A stretch of 64,000 nt of DNA from an uncultured Alphaproteobacteria bacterium (GCA_902635455.1 CACPNW010000001.1:5214-69213), one strand, 5' to 3'; positions 11,462-22,441 are shown, numbered from the stretch's first letter. A program made the numbers and translations. Notes: a model not told the origin generated them from the sequence alone.

Positions 11462-11644
11462 ATGCAGAAAACTATTATTAAAAATATCCAAACAGGAATA
11501 TCAAAAAACTGCGATATTTTAAAAAAAAATGAAAAGATTTTAGAAGTAGTAATTGAAAATACCACTATAAAAATATTACTCAAAAAAAAAACTAATAAAT
11601 ATGTTGGTTATTTTAAGGATATGGAGTTTATTTCAGAAGGTTAG
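11462..11644 (+). CDS. hypothetical small protein (60 aa), uncertain
   Basis: It is the only sizeable ORF in an unusually long (about 175 nt) gap after tRNA-Lys. I recognised no motif, and its end overlaps the convergent neighbour by 17 nt. Confidence 0.25.
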   Translation: MQKTIIKNIQTGISKNCDILKKNEKILEVVIENTTIKILLKKKTNKYVGYFKDMEFISEG

Positions 11645-12092
11645 CATTCTCACTTAAAATTATTTCATCATTTTTTTTATCTTCTTCTAATATTTTTATA
11701 ATTTTTTTAGTTTCAATTATTGGACCTTTATTTATACCAGGACAATTTTTTGAAATTACATTATTCCATGTTTTGGCATTCATATTTTCGTTCCAAAAAG
11801 GCCAAGTTCTGCATTGTGTAGGTCTGGATTTATAAACTGTACATTTATTATTAAGTAAAAACAAACAATTCCCTTTATTTTTTTTTAATTCCTTTAAATG
11901 CAAAAAACCATTACTTATTGAACAATATTTTTTTTTAAAATTTTTTTCGTTCATATTAAAAAAAATTGATAATTTTTTTAAATCTTTATTACTTAAATAT
12001 ACGAAACCAAAAGAACCTCTTGAAACACAACAATTGCCAGATCCTTGGCATTTGAATCTTATACTTTTTTGTTTATAAATTTTATTGTTCAT
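11628..12092 (-). CDS. YkgJ-family cysteine-cluster (zinc/iron-chelating) protein
   Basis: 154 aa with an N-terminal CQGSGNCC cluster and further conserved Cys residues (CTVYKSRPTQCRTWPFW), typical of UPF0153/YkgJ. Confidence 0.65.
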   Translation of the reverse strand: MNNKIYKQKSIRFKCQGSGNCCVSRGSFGFVYLSNKDLKKLSIFFNMNEKNFKKKYCSISNGFLHLKELKKNKGNCLFLLNNKCTVYKSRPTQCRTWPFWNENMNAKTWNNVISKNCPGINKGPIIETKKIIKILEEDKKNDEIILSENANLLK

Positions 12093-14164
12093 CCTGCCAT
12101 AAGTGTTTTAATGGCAGCATCTCTCTCTTGAAGATAAAGTAGAATTTTCAATTGATCCCCATCATTACCTATTAATTTTGGATTTTTAGATATTATTTCA
12201 TTAGCTAAAAATTTAGCATCTTCAAATAAATCAGAATCAAAACTTAGGTCAGCAACATTAAAAGTTGGTAAACCCGACTGTTTTTTTCCAAGAATTTCTC
12301 CAGGTCCCCTTATTTTTAAATCTTCTTCTGCTATTTTAAAGCCATTATTTGTTTCAATCATTATTTTAATTCTTTTTTTAGCTATATCATTAATTTGATT
12401 TTTATGAAAAAGGATACAATAAGAGTCAAAATTGTTTCTCCCAACTCTACCTCTTAATTGATGCATCTGAGCCAAACCAAATCTTTCAGCATGTTCTATT
12501 ATTATAGTAGTTGCTGATTTTATATCTATGCCTACTTCTATTACTGTAGTAGATACTAATATTCTAAAATCTTCATTTTCAAATTTATTCATTATTTTTT
12601 CTTTTTCTTTTTCAGTTAATTGCCCATGAATGAGCAAAACTTTATTTTTGAAAATATTATTTAAAGAATTATATCTTTCAGTAGCAGCTTTTAAATCTAA
12701 TTCTTCTGATTCTTCTATTAATGGACAAACCCAAAAAAACTTTGAATTTGTATTTTTAATCTTTAATTTTATTCTTTCTATCAAATCTTTTTCTTTATTA
12801 AACTTAAGAGCTGTAGTTTTAATTAATCTTCTACCAATAGGTTTTTCAGTAATTCTACTTTCATCCATATCGCCATAAGCAGCTAATGTTAATGTTCTTG
12901 GAATTGGTGTTGCACTCATCACTAATATTGAAGGGTTTTGATTTTTGTAATTAAATGCCATTCTTTGATAAACACCAAATTTATGTTGTTCGTCAATAAC
13001 CGCTATACCAAGTTTATTAAATAAAACACCTTCCTGGATAAGTGCATGCGTACCTATAATAATATCTGCACTTCCATTTTTAATTTTTTCTAATTTTAAT
13101 AATTTTTCTTTACCTTTATCTTTTCCAACTAATATTTCTATATTTATTGGAAATTCTTTTAATAAATTTTTTATATTTTCATAATGTTGATAAGCAAGAA
13201 TACTAGTAGGAACCATTAAAACTGATTGATATTTTTTTTCAACAACTATTATCATTGATATTAAGGCTACAATTGTTTTTCCAGAACCCACATCACCTTG
13301 TAAAAGTCTTATCATTTGATTTGGAGAAAATAAATCATTTTTTATTTCATCTAAAACTTTTAATTGAGAGTTAGTTAGTTTAAATTTTAAACTATTAATA
13401 AATTTTTTTGTTAAATGATTTTTAGTTTTAAAATTAATTGATTTTTTTCTTATATTAATATTACGAATAATGGAGATTGCTAATTGATGTGCTAATAATT
13501 CATCAAAAGCTAGACGTCTTCTGTAATTATTTTGTAAAGTTGTGGTACTTGGGTCATGCAATCCAATAACTGATTTTTTCCATTCATAAAAATCATATTT
13601 CTTTATTATGCTTTTATTAATCCATTCTTTAAATTCAGGTAAATTATTTATAATTTGATTTGTTATCTTTGAAATTGTTTTTTGATTTAAGCCAGCAGTA
13701 AGACCGTATACTGCTTCTTTTTCATTAACTGTTAGATATTCTGATACATCAGCTATATTTGTTGGATGAGTAATTTGGAATTTATTACGAAAAAATTCTA
13801 ATTTTCCAGAAATTAGTTTTGTAGTATTTACTGGTAACATACTCCTTACTACTGGATGACGAGCATTAAAAAAAACAATATCAACTTCACTATTTCCTGA
13901 AATACTGGTAACTTTATATGGTTGTCTTTTAAATTTTGAAGGATAATGTTTTAATATTTTTACCTTAATCGAAACTAAAGTATTCAATGGAGCTAAATTG
14001 ATATCTTCATAAAATTTTCTTTGAATAAAATTATATGGAAAATGCCATATTAAGTGAACATTAAGAAAAATACCCAATCTGTTAATAATTTTTTCTAATT
14101 TTGGACCAACTCCTCTTAAAATGCTTATTGGTGATAATAAACGGTCTAAAATAGATGGTCTCAT
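12089..14164 (-). CDS. recG: ATP-dependent DNA helicase RecG
   Basis: 691 aa with an N-terminal wedge/OB region and SF2 helicase motifs (GDVGSGKT, DEQHKFG, QLRGRVGR). Confidence 0.95.
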   Translation of the reverse strand: MRPSILDRLLSPISILRGVGPKLEKIINRLGIFLNVHLIWHFPYNFIQRKFYEDINLAPLNTLVSIKVKILKHYPSKFKRQPYKVTSISGNSEVDIVFFNARHPVVRSMLPVNTTKLISGKLEFFRNKFQITHPTNIADVSEYLTVNEKEAVYGLTAGLNQKTISKITNQIINNLPEFKEWINKSIIKKYDFYEWKKSVIGLHDPSTTTLQNNYRRRLAFDELLAHQLAISIIRNINIRKKSINFKTKNHLTKKFINSLKFKLTNSQLKVLDEIKNDLFSPNQMIRLLQGDVGSGKTIVALISMIIVVEKKYQSVLMVPTSILAYQHYENIKNLLKEFPINIEILVGKDKGKEKLLKLEKIKNGSADIIIGTHALIQEGVLFNKLGIAVIDEQHKFGVYQRMAFNYKNQNPSILVMSATPIPRTLTLAAYGDMDESRITEKPIGRRLIKTTALKFNKEKDLIERIKLKIKNTNSKFFWVCPLIEESEELDLKAATERYNSLNNIFKNKVLLIHGQLTEKEKEKIMNKFENEDFRILVSTTVIEVGIDIKSATTIIIEHAERFGLAQMHQLRGRVGRNNFDSYCILFHKNQINDIAKKRIKIMIETNNGFKIAEEDLKIRGPGEILGKKQSGLPTFNVADLSFDSDLFEDAKFLANEIISKNPKLIGNDGDQLKILLYLQERDAAIKTLMAG

Positions 14165-14204
14165 ACAAAAAAATTAATTATTACTATATTTTATTAAGAT
14201 TTCT

Positions 14205-14456
14205 ATGAAAATTAATTCTCTAAAAAAAATAATTAAATATAGACTATCCTACAGTGGAATTAAAGAAACAGACTTTTTGTATAACAACTATTTTCTTAAA
14301 AATTTTACTAAATTTAATGAAAATGACCTTAATTTAATAAAATATTTACTTGATAATTATTCTGATAGGGAAATTTATTCATTTATACTTGAAAAAAAAA
14401 TACCAGAAAAAAAATTTAAAAATTTATTCGATAAAATAAAAGTAACAATTAAATGA
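14205..14456 (+). CDS. SdhE/DUF339-like FAD assembly factor
   Basis: 83-aa helical protein (RGIKETD-like segment, DxDLxxW-type region). It sits between recG and mfd, which is the usual alphaproteobacterial position of this gene. Confidence 0.55.
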   Translation: MKINSLKKIIKYRLSYSGIKETDFLYNNYFLKNFTKFNENDLNLIKYLLDNYSDREIYSFILEKKIPEKKFKNLFDKIKVTIK

Positions 14457-17400
14457 AATTTATTGGACCTGTTAATTTTAATGCTGAAGCATTTGTGATT
14501 GCAAGGTATTTTGAAAAGAATAGTAATTCAATTTTATATATTGGAAAAGATGATAGAGAGATAAAAAAAATATTTTATAAATTAAAATGGATTTTTCCAG
14601 AATATAAAATTCTACTATATCGATCGTGGGATCAAATACCTTATGATAAAGTTTCTCCATCTAAAGAAAAAAAAATTATATTAACTACAGTTGCGAGTGT
14701 TATTCAAAAAACATTACCACAAAAATTAATTAATAGTAAATATTTAAGAATAAAAAGATCTGATAAAATTAATTTTGAAGATTTAATTTTAAAATTGAAT
14801 AATCTTGGATATGAAAGAGTAACTGTTGTTAGGGATAGGTCAGAATTTGCAGTAAGAGGATCTATTTTGGATATATTTCTAACAACTTATGATTTACCAA
14901 TAAGATTAGATTTTTTTGATGATGAAATTGAAAATATATATGATTTTGATCCTATTTCTCAAAAGAGATTATCCAAAAATAAAATTAATGATTTTATAAT
15001 TCAATCTACTTGTGAATTGATTTTAGATAAAGAAAACATTGATAAATTTAGAAGAAATTTTAGAAAAATTTTTAGTGATTATAGAAAAAGTAAATTCTAT
15101 GATTTATTTTCTGATTCTATAATACCATCAGGAGGTGAACAATACCTTCCCTTGTTTTATGATGATTTAGGAACTTTGTTTGATTATTTAGATAATTATT
15201 CAATTTTTATAAATAATGATTTTGAAAAAGTTTTGGATAATAGAATCGAAAATATAAATGACTTTTATAATGTAAGAAACAATTCATTAGATGAATTTTG
15301 CTTAAATCCAAATTATCTTTATCTTAATACAGATCAAATAAACCAGATTATAAAAACAAATAATTCATATAAGCTTAGTTTTTTCTTTAGAGATAATTTT
15401 TATAAAAGTTATATCAGTCCTGTTAAAAATTTATCTGTATTAAGTAAAGAAATTGATTTTAAATTCATAGAAAAATATTTTAATTTTAACTTAAAAAATA
15501 AAAAAATAATTATTTGTTGCAGAACATATGGGTCCCTAGAAAGAGTTAAAAATATATTGAATGAAAATACAAGTTTGAGCTTTAATTTAATTGAACATTA
15601 TTATCAAATAAATGAAAATCAGTTAAATATAACAATTTTAGAAATAGAAGAATCATTTCAAATTAAAGATACAATTTATATAAATGAGAAATCTATTTTT
15701 GGTTATTTTTTTAATACAAGAAAAAAGAAAAGTCGAAACAAAGAGTTTCTATTTGAAGAACTAAATAAGCTTTCTCAAGGTAGTATTTTAGTTCATGAAG
15801 ATTATGGTTTATGTAAATTTAATAATATTAAAAAAGTTAATTTAAATGAATCAATTCATGATTGTTTAGAACTTGAATTTGCAGATAATCAAAAATTATT
15901 TTTACCTGTAGAAAACTTAAATTGTATTTCTAAATATGGCAATGATAGTGAAAATATTTTGTTTTTAGATAAGTTAGGCTCCTCAAATTGGAAAAAAAGA
16001 AAAAATAAAGCAAAAAAGAAAATTATTGAGGTAGCAAAAAAACTTATCAAAATTGCTTCATCGAGATTAAAATCAGAATCATATAATATAAATACAAATC
16101 ATATTGATTATGACAAATTTTGTAGCACTTTTCAATATGTTGAAACTGATGACCAAACAAATTCTATTCAAGATATTATTAATGATTTTGACAAAAACAT
16201 TCCTTCTGATAGATTAATTGTAGGTGATGTAGCTTATGGAAAAACTGAAATAATAATTAGAGCAATATTTTTAGCAGCTAAATCTAATATTCAATCTGTA
16301 GTTCTAGTTCCTACTACTTTATTGTCAAAACAGCATTTTGAAAATTTTCAAAAAAGATTTTCATTATTTAATATAAATATTGAACAAATTTCAAGATTAG
16401 TTTCATCAAAAAAAAGAAATGATATATTTAAAAAATGTGAAATTGGAGAAATTGATGTTCTAATTGGAACACACTCTCTATTAAATGATAAGCTTCTATT
16501 TAAAAATTTAGGATTAATAGTTTATGATGAAGAGCAAAAATTAGGAACATTGCAAAAAGAAAAATTGAAACAAATTGCTCCTAAAGCACATGTTATATCC
16601 TTATCAGCGACACCTATCCCTAGGACTCTATCAATGGCTTTATCTGGTATTAGGGATCTAAGTTTAATTTTAACTGCTCCTTTTGAAAGACTTTCAGTTA
16701 GATGCTATGTTTCCCCTTTTGATGAGATCACTATTATTGAAGCAATTAAAAGGGAAATTTATGGAAGAAAAAATGGAGTATATTTTGTAACTCCTAGAAA
16801 AAAAGATATTCCTTTTATAGAAAATTTCTTAAACAAAAATTTACCTGATATAAAATTTATAATTACACATGGTCAACTTCCTCCCAAAATATTAGAAGAC
16901 AGAGTATCTAAATTTTATAATAAAGAAGTTCCTATAATGGTAAGTACTAATATTATAGAAAATGGATTAGATCTACCACATGTAAATACGATAATAGTGT
17001 ATAGAGCCAATTTATTTTCCCTTTCAAGTTTGTATCAATTAAAAGGAAGAGTTGGACGCTCCTCTAATAGAGGTTATGCATATATCACATATAAAGAAAA
17101 TGAATTAACTGATAATGGGAAAAAAAGACTTTCCATAATTAATTCTTCAACAGAATTAGGTTCAGGTTTTAATATTGCTACACAAGATTTAGATATTAGA
17201 GGTGGGGGTTCAATTATTGGAGAGGAACAAAGTGGATTCATAAGAGAAATTGGTACTGAACTATATTACCAATTATTAGAAGAAGAAATAAAATTACAAA
17301 AATATAAAATATTTAAAGATGAAGAATTTAATACTTCATTTAAACCCAATATTAAACTTTCTGAAGAAATTTATATTCCAGAAAATTATATTGATAACAT

Positions 17401-17770
17401 TGATTTAAGATTATCAATTTATAGAAGAATATCAAATATTACTAATACTGAACAAATTAATGATTTGTTGGTAGAAATGAATGATAGATTTGGCAAAATA
17501 CCAAAAGAATTTCTTAATTTATTTAAGTTAATTGAATTAAAAATTATGTGTATTAAAAATAAAATAGACTATTTAGAATTTAGTAAAAAAGGAGTTGTTT
17601 TTGGTTTTCATAAAAACAAACCCCTTAATCCTAAAAAAATTTTAAAAATCACACTAGATAAATCCAGTAATTTTTCACTTAGATCTGATCAGAAAATTTT
17701 TTATAAAATTATTGAACAAAATGAATATGATACTTTTAAATTTACAAAAAAATTAATATCCAACTTTTAA
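14453..17770 (+). CDS. mfd: transcription-repair coupling factor
   Basis: 1105 aa with a UvrB-homology N-terminus, an RNAP-interaction domain (VHEDYGLCKF) and SF2 motifs (GDVAYGKTE, DEEQKLG, QLKGRVGRS). Confidence 0.95.
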   Translation: MKFIGPVNFNAEAFVIARYFEKNSNSILYIGKDDREIKKIFYKLKWIFPEYKILLYRSWDQIPYDKVSPSKEKKIILTTVASVIQKTLPQKLINSKYLRIKRSDKINFEDLILKLNNLGYERVTVVRDRSEFAVRGSILDIFLTTYDLPIRLDFFDDEIENIYDFDPISQKRLSKNKINDFIIQSTCELILDKENIDKFRRNFRKIFSDYRKSKFYDLFSDSIIPSGGEQYLPLFYDDLGTLFDYLDNYSIFINNDFEKVLDNRIENINDFYNVRNNSLDEFCLNPNYLYLNTDQINQIIKTNNSYKLSFFFRDNFYKSYISPVKNLSVLSKEIDFKFIEKYFNFNLKNKKIIICCRTYGSLERVKNILNENTSLSFNLIEHYYQINENQLNITILEIEESFQIKDTIYINEKSIFGYFFNTRKKKSRNKEFLFEELNKLSQGSILVHEDYGLCKFNNIKKVNLNESIHDCLELEFADNQKLFLPVENLNCISKYGNDSENILFLDKLGSSNWKKRKNKAKKKIIEVAKKLIKIASSRLKSESYNINTNHIDYDKFCSTFQYVETDDQTNSIQDIINDFDKNIPSDRLIVGDVAYGKTEIIIRAIFLAAKSNIQSVVLVPTTLLSKQHFENFQKRFSLFNINIEQISRLVSSKKRNDIFKKCEIGEIDVLIGTHSLLNDKLLFKNLGLIVYDEEQKLGTLQKEKLKQIAPKAHVISLSATPIPRTLSMALSGIRDLSLILTAPFERLSVRCYVSPFDEITIIEAIKREIYGRKNGVYFVTPRKKDIPFIENFLNKNLPDIKFIITHGQLPPKILEDRVSKFYNKEVPIMVSTNIIENGLDLPHVNTIIVYRANLFSLSSLYQLKGRVGRSSNRGYAYITYKENELTDNGKKRLSIINSSTELGSGFNIATQDLDIRGGGSIIGEEQSGFIREIGTELYYQLLEEEIKLQKYKIFKDEEFNTSFKPNIKLSEEIYIPENYIDNIDLRLSIYRRISNITNTEQINDLLVEMNDRFGKIPKEFLNLFKLIELKIMCIKNKIDYLEFSKKGVVFGFHKNKPLNPKKILKITLDKSSNFSLRSDQKIFYKIIEQNEYDTFKFTKKLISNF

Positions 17771-17791
17771 AATAATATATATATATGAATT

Positions 17792-18541
17792 TTGTATAAA
17801 ATGATTAAATTATCATTAATAACTGTTTCACTAAACTCACAAAAGATAATCAAAAGAACAATTGATTCTATCAATAACCAGACCTCACAAGAATTTGAAA
17901 CTATATATGTTGATGGTAAATCTAATGATGAAACAATTGATATTATAAAAAAAAATTACCGTGTTAATGATAAATTAATTGTTGAAAGTGACAAAGGATC
18001 ATATGAAGCAATGAATAAGGGTATTAAAGCAGCTAATGGTTACATAATAGGAATTTTAAATTCTGGTGATACTCTTGCTAAAAACAATATCATAGAAAAA
18101 ATTATTACATATTTTGAAAACAATGAAGATGATATAATTTATGGACATTCATTAGTTTTTAAAAAAGATAAAATTGTTAGAAGGAATATTAGTCCAGAAT
18201 TCAATGAACAACTAATGTTTAATGGCTGGTTCCCATCTCATCAGAGTATTTATATTAAAAAAAAAATTTATGAAGAATATAACTTTTACAATACTAGGTT
18301 TAAAATTTCTTCAGATTATGATTTTTTTTTAAAGGTAGTTCTTTCTAAAAAATTTAAAATTAATCTTTTAGATGAATATATAGTGAATTTTTATTTAGGT
18401 GGTAAAAGTAATAAATCGATTAAAAACATATTAATTTCTAATTATGAATGTTATTTGTCATGGAAAATTAATTACAATAAAATTTATTTAAAAACTATTC
18501 CTTTTAAATTAATAAGAAAAGTGTTTCAAAAATTTTCATAA
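17792..18541 (+). CDS. family 2 glycosyltransferase
   Basis: LSLITVSLNSQ, VDGKSNDET and NSGD (DxD-type) motifs. The start is probably ATG 17801. Confidence 0.8.
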   Translation: MYKMIKLSLITVSLNSQKIIKRTIDSINNQTSQEFETIYVDGKSNDETIDIIKKNYRVNDKLIVESDKGSYEAMNKGIKAANGYIIGILNSGDTLAKNNIIEKIITYFENNEDDIIYGHSLVFKKDKIVRRNISPEFNEQLMFNGWFPSHQSIYIKKKIYEEYNFYNTRFKISSDYDFFLKVVLSKKFKINLLDEYIVNFYLGGKSNKSIKNILISNYECYLSWKINYNKIYLKTIPFKLIRKVFQKFS

Positions 18542-18547
18542 TAAATA

Positions 18548-18637
18548 TGGCGGAGAGAGTGAGATTCGAACTCACGAACGAGTTGCCCCGTTGCCGGTTT
18601 TCAAGACCGGTGCTTTCAACCGCTCAGCCATCTCTCC
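18548..18637 (-). tRNA. tRNA-Ser (anticodon UGA)
   Basis: 90-nt class II tRNA on the minus strand: acceptor GGAGAGA/TCTCTCC, anticodon loop CTTGAAA, long variable arm, T-arm GGTTCGAATC-like GAGTTCGAATCTC and an encoded CCA. Confidence 0.9.
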
Positions 18638-18733
18638 GATATTATGAAATTTTATTATAGTTTCATGATATTAAAGTCAAAATAAATAATTCTTTATTTC
18701 ACTATTGATGATAGTTTTGATACTTTATATTTT

Positions 18734-19765
18734 ATGAAAGTTTTAATTATTTTTTTATTTATAATTTCTTTAAAATTGCATGCTAGTGATTGTTTAAAAC
18801 CACAAATGCCTAGCAAAGATGAATGGAATGAATGGATTGAAACAATTAAATTAGAAGCTATAGATAAAGGAATATCTAGGGAAACTGTTTTATCCCAATT
18901 AAAAGATGTTCAACCTCAAAAAAAAATTATTATGAGAGACAGATGTCAACCTGAGTCTACTATTACACTTGATGAATATTTGTATTATAGAGTTGATAAA
19001 GCTAGAATTGTAATTGGCAAAAAAATGCTAAAAGAACACGAAGATGTTTTAAGTGAAATAAGTACTTTTTTTAAAATACAACCGCGTTTTATAATAGCTG
19101 TATTGGGGATGGAAAGTTATTATGGAAAAAACCAGGGAAAGATCAAATCTATAGAAGCTATTACTACACTAGCATTTGATAGAAGAAGAAGCTCTTTTTA
19201 TAAAAAACAATTATTTGGTTTGTTGGAAATTATTGATAAAAAAATGTCACCTAATGATTTAGTTTTAGGGAGTTGGGGTGGAGCAATAGGTATGACACAA
19301 ATGATACCAACTACTTTTTTAGAAAGCGCTTATGATTGGGATGGAAATGGAATAGATATATGGAATAGTTATCCAGATTCATTTGCAAGTATTGCTAATT
19401 ATTTAACTAGTATAAATAAAAATCCATGGAGTACAGATAGTACTTGGGGAAGAGAGGTTATACCTCCTGATAATATTGCAGATTTATTGCAATCATTAAA
19501 ACAAAAAGATCCCAAAGGATGCGGTGCTGTTAAAAGAAGGTCTGTAGCAAAATCCTTACCAGAATGGTCTGCACTTGGATTTAAGGATTTAAATGGCAAT
19601 AATTTACCTAATAGATCTGATTTAGAAGCAAGATTAATTTCACCCGATGGTATAAACGGTAGATTTTTTTTAGTATATCCAAATTATAAAAATATTCTTT
19701 ATTATAATTGTTCATCATATTATGCGTTATCAATTGGATTGTTAAGTGATAAAATTATTAATTAG
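18734..19765 (+). CDS. lytic murein transglycosylase (MltB-like)
   Basis: Signal peptide, a catalytic-region pattern (GMESYYG, Glu in ES, GAIGMTQMIPTTF) and C-terminal YNCSSYYALS. Confidence 0.85.
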   Translation: MKVLIIFLFIISLKLHASDCLKPQMPSKDEWNEWIETIKLEAIDKGISRETVLSQLKDVQPQKKIIMRDRCQPESTITLDEYLYYRVDKARIVIGKKMLKEHEDVLSEISTFFKIQPRFIIAVLGMESYYGKNQGKIKSIEAITTLAFDRRRSSFYKKQLFGLLEIIDKKMSPNDLVLGSWGGAIGMTQMIPTTFLESAYDWDGNGIDIWNSYPDSFASIANYLTSINKNPWSTDSTWGREVIPPDNIADLLQSLKQKDPKGCGAVKRRSVAKSLPEWSALGFKDLNGNNLPNRSDLEARLISPDGINGRFFLVYPNYKNILYYNCSSYYALSIGLLSDKIIN

Positions 19766-20663
19766 TTTTTTATTTTTTATTTATTTGTTTTCTTGCAAAA
19801 CTATAGAAAATCCTAAATTATCAAATATAGTTGAAAAAAGTAAAGAAAAAGTTATCAATACACTATCTTCTAATGAAAAAGAAACTAAAGTTTCTAATAA
19901 TGATCAAAATTTTATCCATTATTTAATTGGAGATAGTTACTTTATAGAAGGAGTAAAATATACTCCCGAAGAAAATTATTTGTACAATAAGACGGGCCTA
20001 GCCACATATTATGGTAAAGAACTTCATAATATTAAAACAGCAAATAACGATCTAAATAAGGTAACTGAATTGCTGGGAAGACATAAAACTTTACCTTTAC
20101 CAAGTATCGTAAAAGTTACTAACTTAGAAAATGGATTATCACTAGTTATTAAAATTGTTGATAGGCATGAAGATAATTCATCTATTTTGGAAGTTTCAAG
20201 AAAAGTAGCTCAACTTTTAAGATTTTATAAAAATAAAATTGCAAGAGTTAGAGTAGAGATTTTAGCTGATCCAAGTAAACAATGGAAAAGTGTAGCAGAA
20301 GCTATGAATCAACCTGAATTTAATAATACTATTGACTCTGCGCCTACAAATATTGTTTCAATTTCTAATATAGATGAAGACAATATATCAAAAGATGATA
20401 ATGCAATTTATGAACAGCCAATAACAATAGGATCTGAGCCAATTGAAGATAAGCAATTATTTTTAAAAATTTATAACTTTAAAACATATGAGGATACCCA
20501 AAAAATACTTAAAGAATTAAATATTTTAGAAAAATCAACAGTTAACAAAGAAGAGTCATATTATAATTTGATTATAGGTCCATTAATGAATGAAGAGGCA
20601 AATAAATTAGTTTCATCATTTATTATGAAAGGATATAAGAAAACTGAGATTATTATTGAATAA
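19746..20663 (+). CDS. rlpA: septal ring lytic transglycosylase RlpA-like lipoprotein with C-terminal SPOR-like domain
   Basis: Lipobox-like LFSC, a double-psi beta-barrel segment (ATYYGKELHNIKTANN...LPLPSIVKVTNLENG) and a C-terminal beta-alpha-beta-beta repeat region. Confidence 0.75.
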   Translation: MIKLLISFLFFIYLFSCKTIENPKLSNIVEKSKEKVINTLSSNEKETKVSNNDQNFIHYLIGDSYFIEGVKYTPEENYLYNKTGLATYYGKELHNIKTANNDLNKVTELLGRHKTLPLPSIVKVTNLENGLSLVIKIVDRHEDNSSILEVSRKVAQLLRFYKNKIARVRVEILADPSKQWKSVAEAMNQPEFNNTIDSAPTNIVSISNIDEDNISKDDNAIYEQPITIGSEPIEDKQLFLKIYNFKTYEDTQKILKELNILEKSTVNKEESYYNLIIGPLMNEEANKLVSSFIMKGYKKTEIIIE

Positions 20664-20699
20664 CCTAAATTTGTCATAATTTGCATTTATATTAACAAA

Positions 20700-21839
20700 A
20701 TGAAATATTTAATTATTATATATCTTTCCTGCTCCCTTTTAATTTCTTTTAAATCATTTTCAATTGACTCCAAGGCATCACAAGCAGTAGTGATAGATTA
20801 CGATACAGAAGAAATATTATTTGAAAAAAATTCAGATCAATTAGTTTATCCAGCTTCAATGACTAAAATAATGACAGTGTATTTAGCTTTTGATAGAATT
20901 CAAAATAGTGATTTAACTATCGCTAGTAGATGTAAAATATCACCAAAGGCATATAATACGGGTGGATCAAGAACTTTTCTTGAAATTGATGATTATGTTA
21001 CAATTGATACTTTGTTAAAAGGTATAATCATACAATCAGGTAATGATGCCTCAGTTGCTTTAGCAGAATGCTTGTCAGGTACCGAAGAGAATTTTGCAAA
21101 ATTAATGAACGAATATTCTATTGATTTAGGTTTAAACAAAACTAATTTTCTTAATTCTTCTGGTTGGCCAAATGAAAATCATTATTCAACAGTAAAGGAT
21201 ATAGCAATTCTATCTAAGAAATTAATCGAAAATTTTCCTCAATTATTTGCATATTTTTCTGAAAAAAATTTTAGCTATAATGGAATAAAACAACCAAATA
21301 GAAATTTATTATTAAATAAACTTGATGGGGTAGATGGTTTAAAAACAGGTTTTACTCGCAAGTCTGGTTGGGGAATAGCAGCTACTGCTAAGAGAAATAA
21401 TAGAAGAATAATAGTTGTTGTTAATGGAACAAATAGCTCTAGAGCTCGAATGAATGAAGCTACTAATTTATTAAATTGGGCTTTTAATCAAACAAATCAA
21501 AAATTATTAATAGATCAAAATCAAATAATTACAAATGTTGATGTATGGTTAGGTAATAAATCAACAGTTAATTTAATTTCAGATAAGAAAATAATTTCAA
21601 CATTATCTTTTGATCAGGAAAAATTATTAACATCACAAATTGAATATACTAAGCCAATATCAGCACCAGTAATTAAAGGAAAAGAATATGGTCAATTATT
21701 TATTAATATTCAGGGAAAACCAACAATTAAAGTGCCTTTAGTAGCAGAAGTAGATATTAATAAAATTAATCCCATATTTAGAATCTTTGCAGCAATAAAA
21801 TATTTAATTTTTGGAAATAGTTTAGATGAGAAGAAATAA
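20700..21839 (+). CDS. dacC: D-alanyl-D-alanine carboxypeptidase (PBP5/6 type, S11)
   Basis: Signal peptide with the SxxK (ASMTK), SxN (SGN) and KTG motifs. Confidence 0.88.
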   Translation: MKYLIIIYLSCSLLISFKSFSIDSKASQAVVIDYDTEEILFEKNSDQLVYPASMTKIMTVYLAFDRIQNSDLTIASRCKISPKAYNTGGSRTFLEIDDYVTIDTLLKGIIIQSGNDASVALAECLSGTEENFAKLMNEYSIDLGLNKTNFLNSSGWPNENHYSTVKDIAILSKKLIENFPQLFAYFSEKNFSYNGIKQPNRNLLLNKLDGVDGLKTGFTRKSGWGIAATAKRNNRRIIVVVNGTNSSRARMNEATNLLNWAFNQTNQKLLIDQNQIITNVDVWLGNKSTVNLISDKKIISTLSFDQEKLLTSQIEYTKPISAPVIKGKEYGQLFINIQGKPTIKVPLVAEVDINKINPIFRIFAAIKYLIFGNSLDEKK

Positions 21840-22437
21840 ACCATTATTTGTTTCTTTTGAAGGACCTGAAGCGTCTGGAAAATCATCACAAATTATATTA
21901 TTAAAAAATTTTTTAATTAAAAATAAAATCCCTTATATAGTAACTCGAGAACCTGGTGGAACCATAATTTCTGAAAAACTTAGAAATATAATACTCCAAA
22001 AGAAAAATAATATCACTAATTTAGAAGAAATTTTATTATTAATGGCAGCTAGATTAAATCATATTAATCAAGTTATTGAACCAAATTTAAAAAAAGGAAA
22101 ATTAGTAATCTCTGATAGGTTTGCAGATTCAACTTTTGTTTATCAAGGCTTTGTTAATGGTTTTGGAATTAAAAAAATTCAAAAATTGCACAAAGATTTA
22201 TTAAATAATTTTCTACCTACCAAAACTTTTTTATTTAAACTTCCTTCTAACGAAATAATTAAAAGACTAAAAAAGCGTAAGATAAAAAATAAGTATGACA
22301 TTAAAGATATTCAATTTCATAATAAAATAGCATTAGGCTATAAACAAATATCTAATAGTAAACGTTTTACTTTAATAAATGGATTAATGAGTAAAGACAA
22401 AATACATAAAAAAATTTTAAAAACTCTAGGTTTATAA
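21826..22437 (+). CDS. tmk: thymidylate kinase
   Basis: P-loop FEGPEASGKS and a DRF motif. It overlaps the dac stop. Confidence 0.9.
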   Translation: MRRNKPLFVSFEGPEASGKSSQIILLKNFLIKNKIPYIVTREPGGTIISEKLRNIILQKKNNITNLEEILLLMAARLNHINQVIEPNLKKGKLVISDRFADSTFVYQGFVNGFGIKKIQKLHKDLLNNFLPTKTFLFKLPSNEIIKRLKKRKIKNKYDIKDIQFHNKIALGYKQISNSKRFTLINGLMSKDKIHKKILKTLGL

Positions 22438-22441
22438 ATTA

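Noticed and set aside
12630-12878. 82-aa plus-strand ORF inside recG
   Set aside because: It is antisense to conserved RecG helicase motifs and is a shadow ORF. The same reasoning applies to 14478-14660, 19399-19599, 23352-23540, 23561-23761, 25674-25931, 26480-26710, 27143-27331, 32712-32915, 34689-34874, 35031-35264, 43901-44125, 47004-47189 and 60012-60194.
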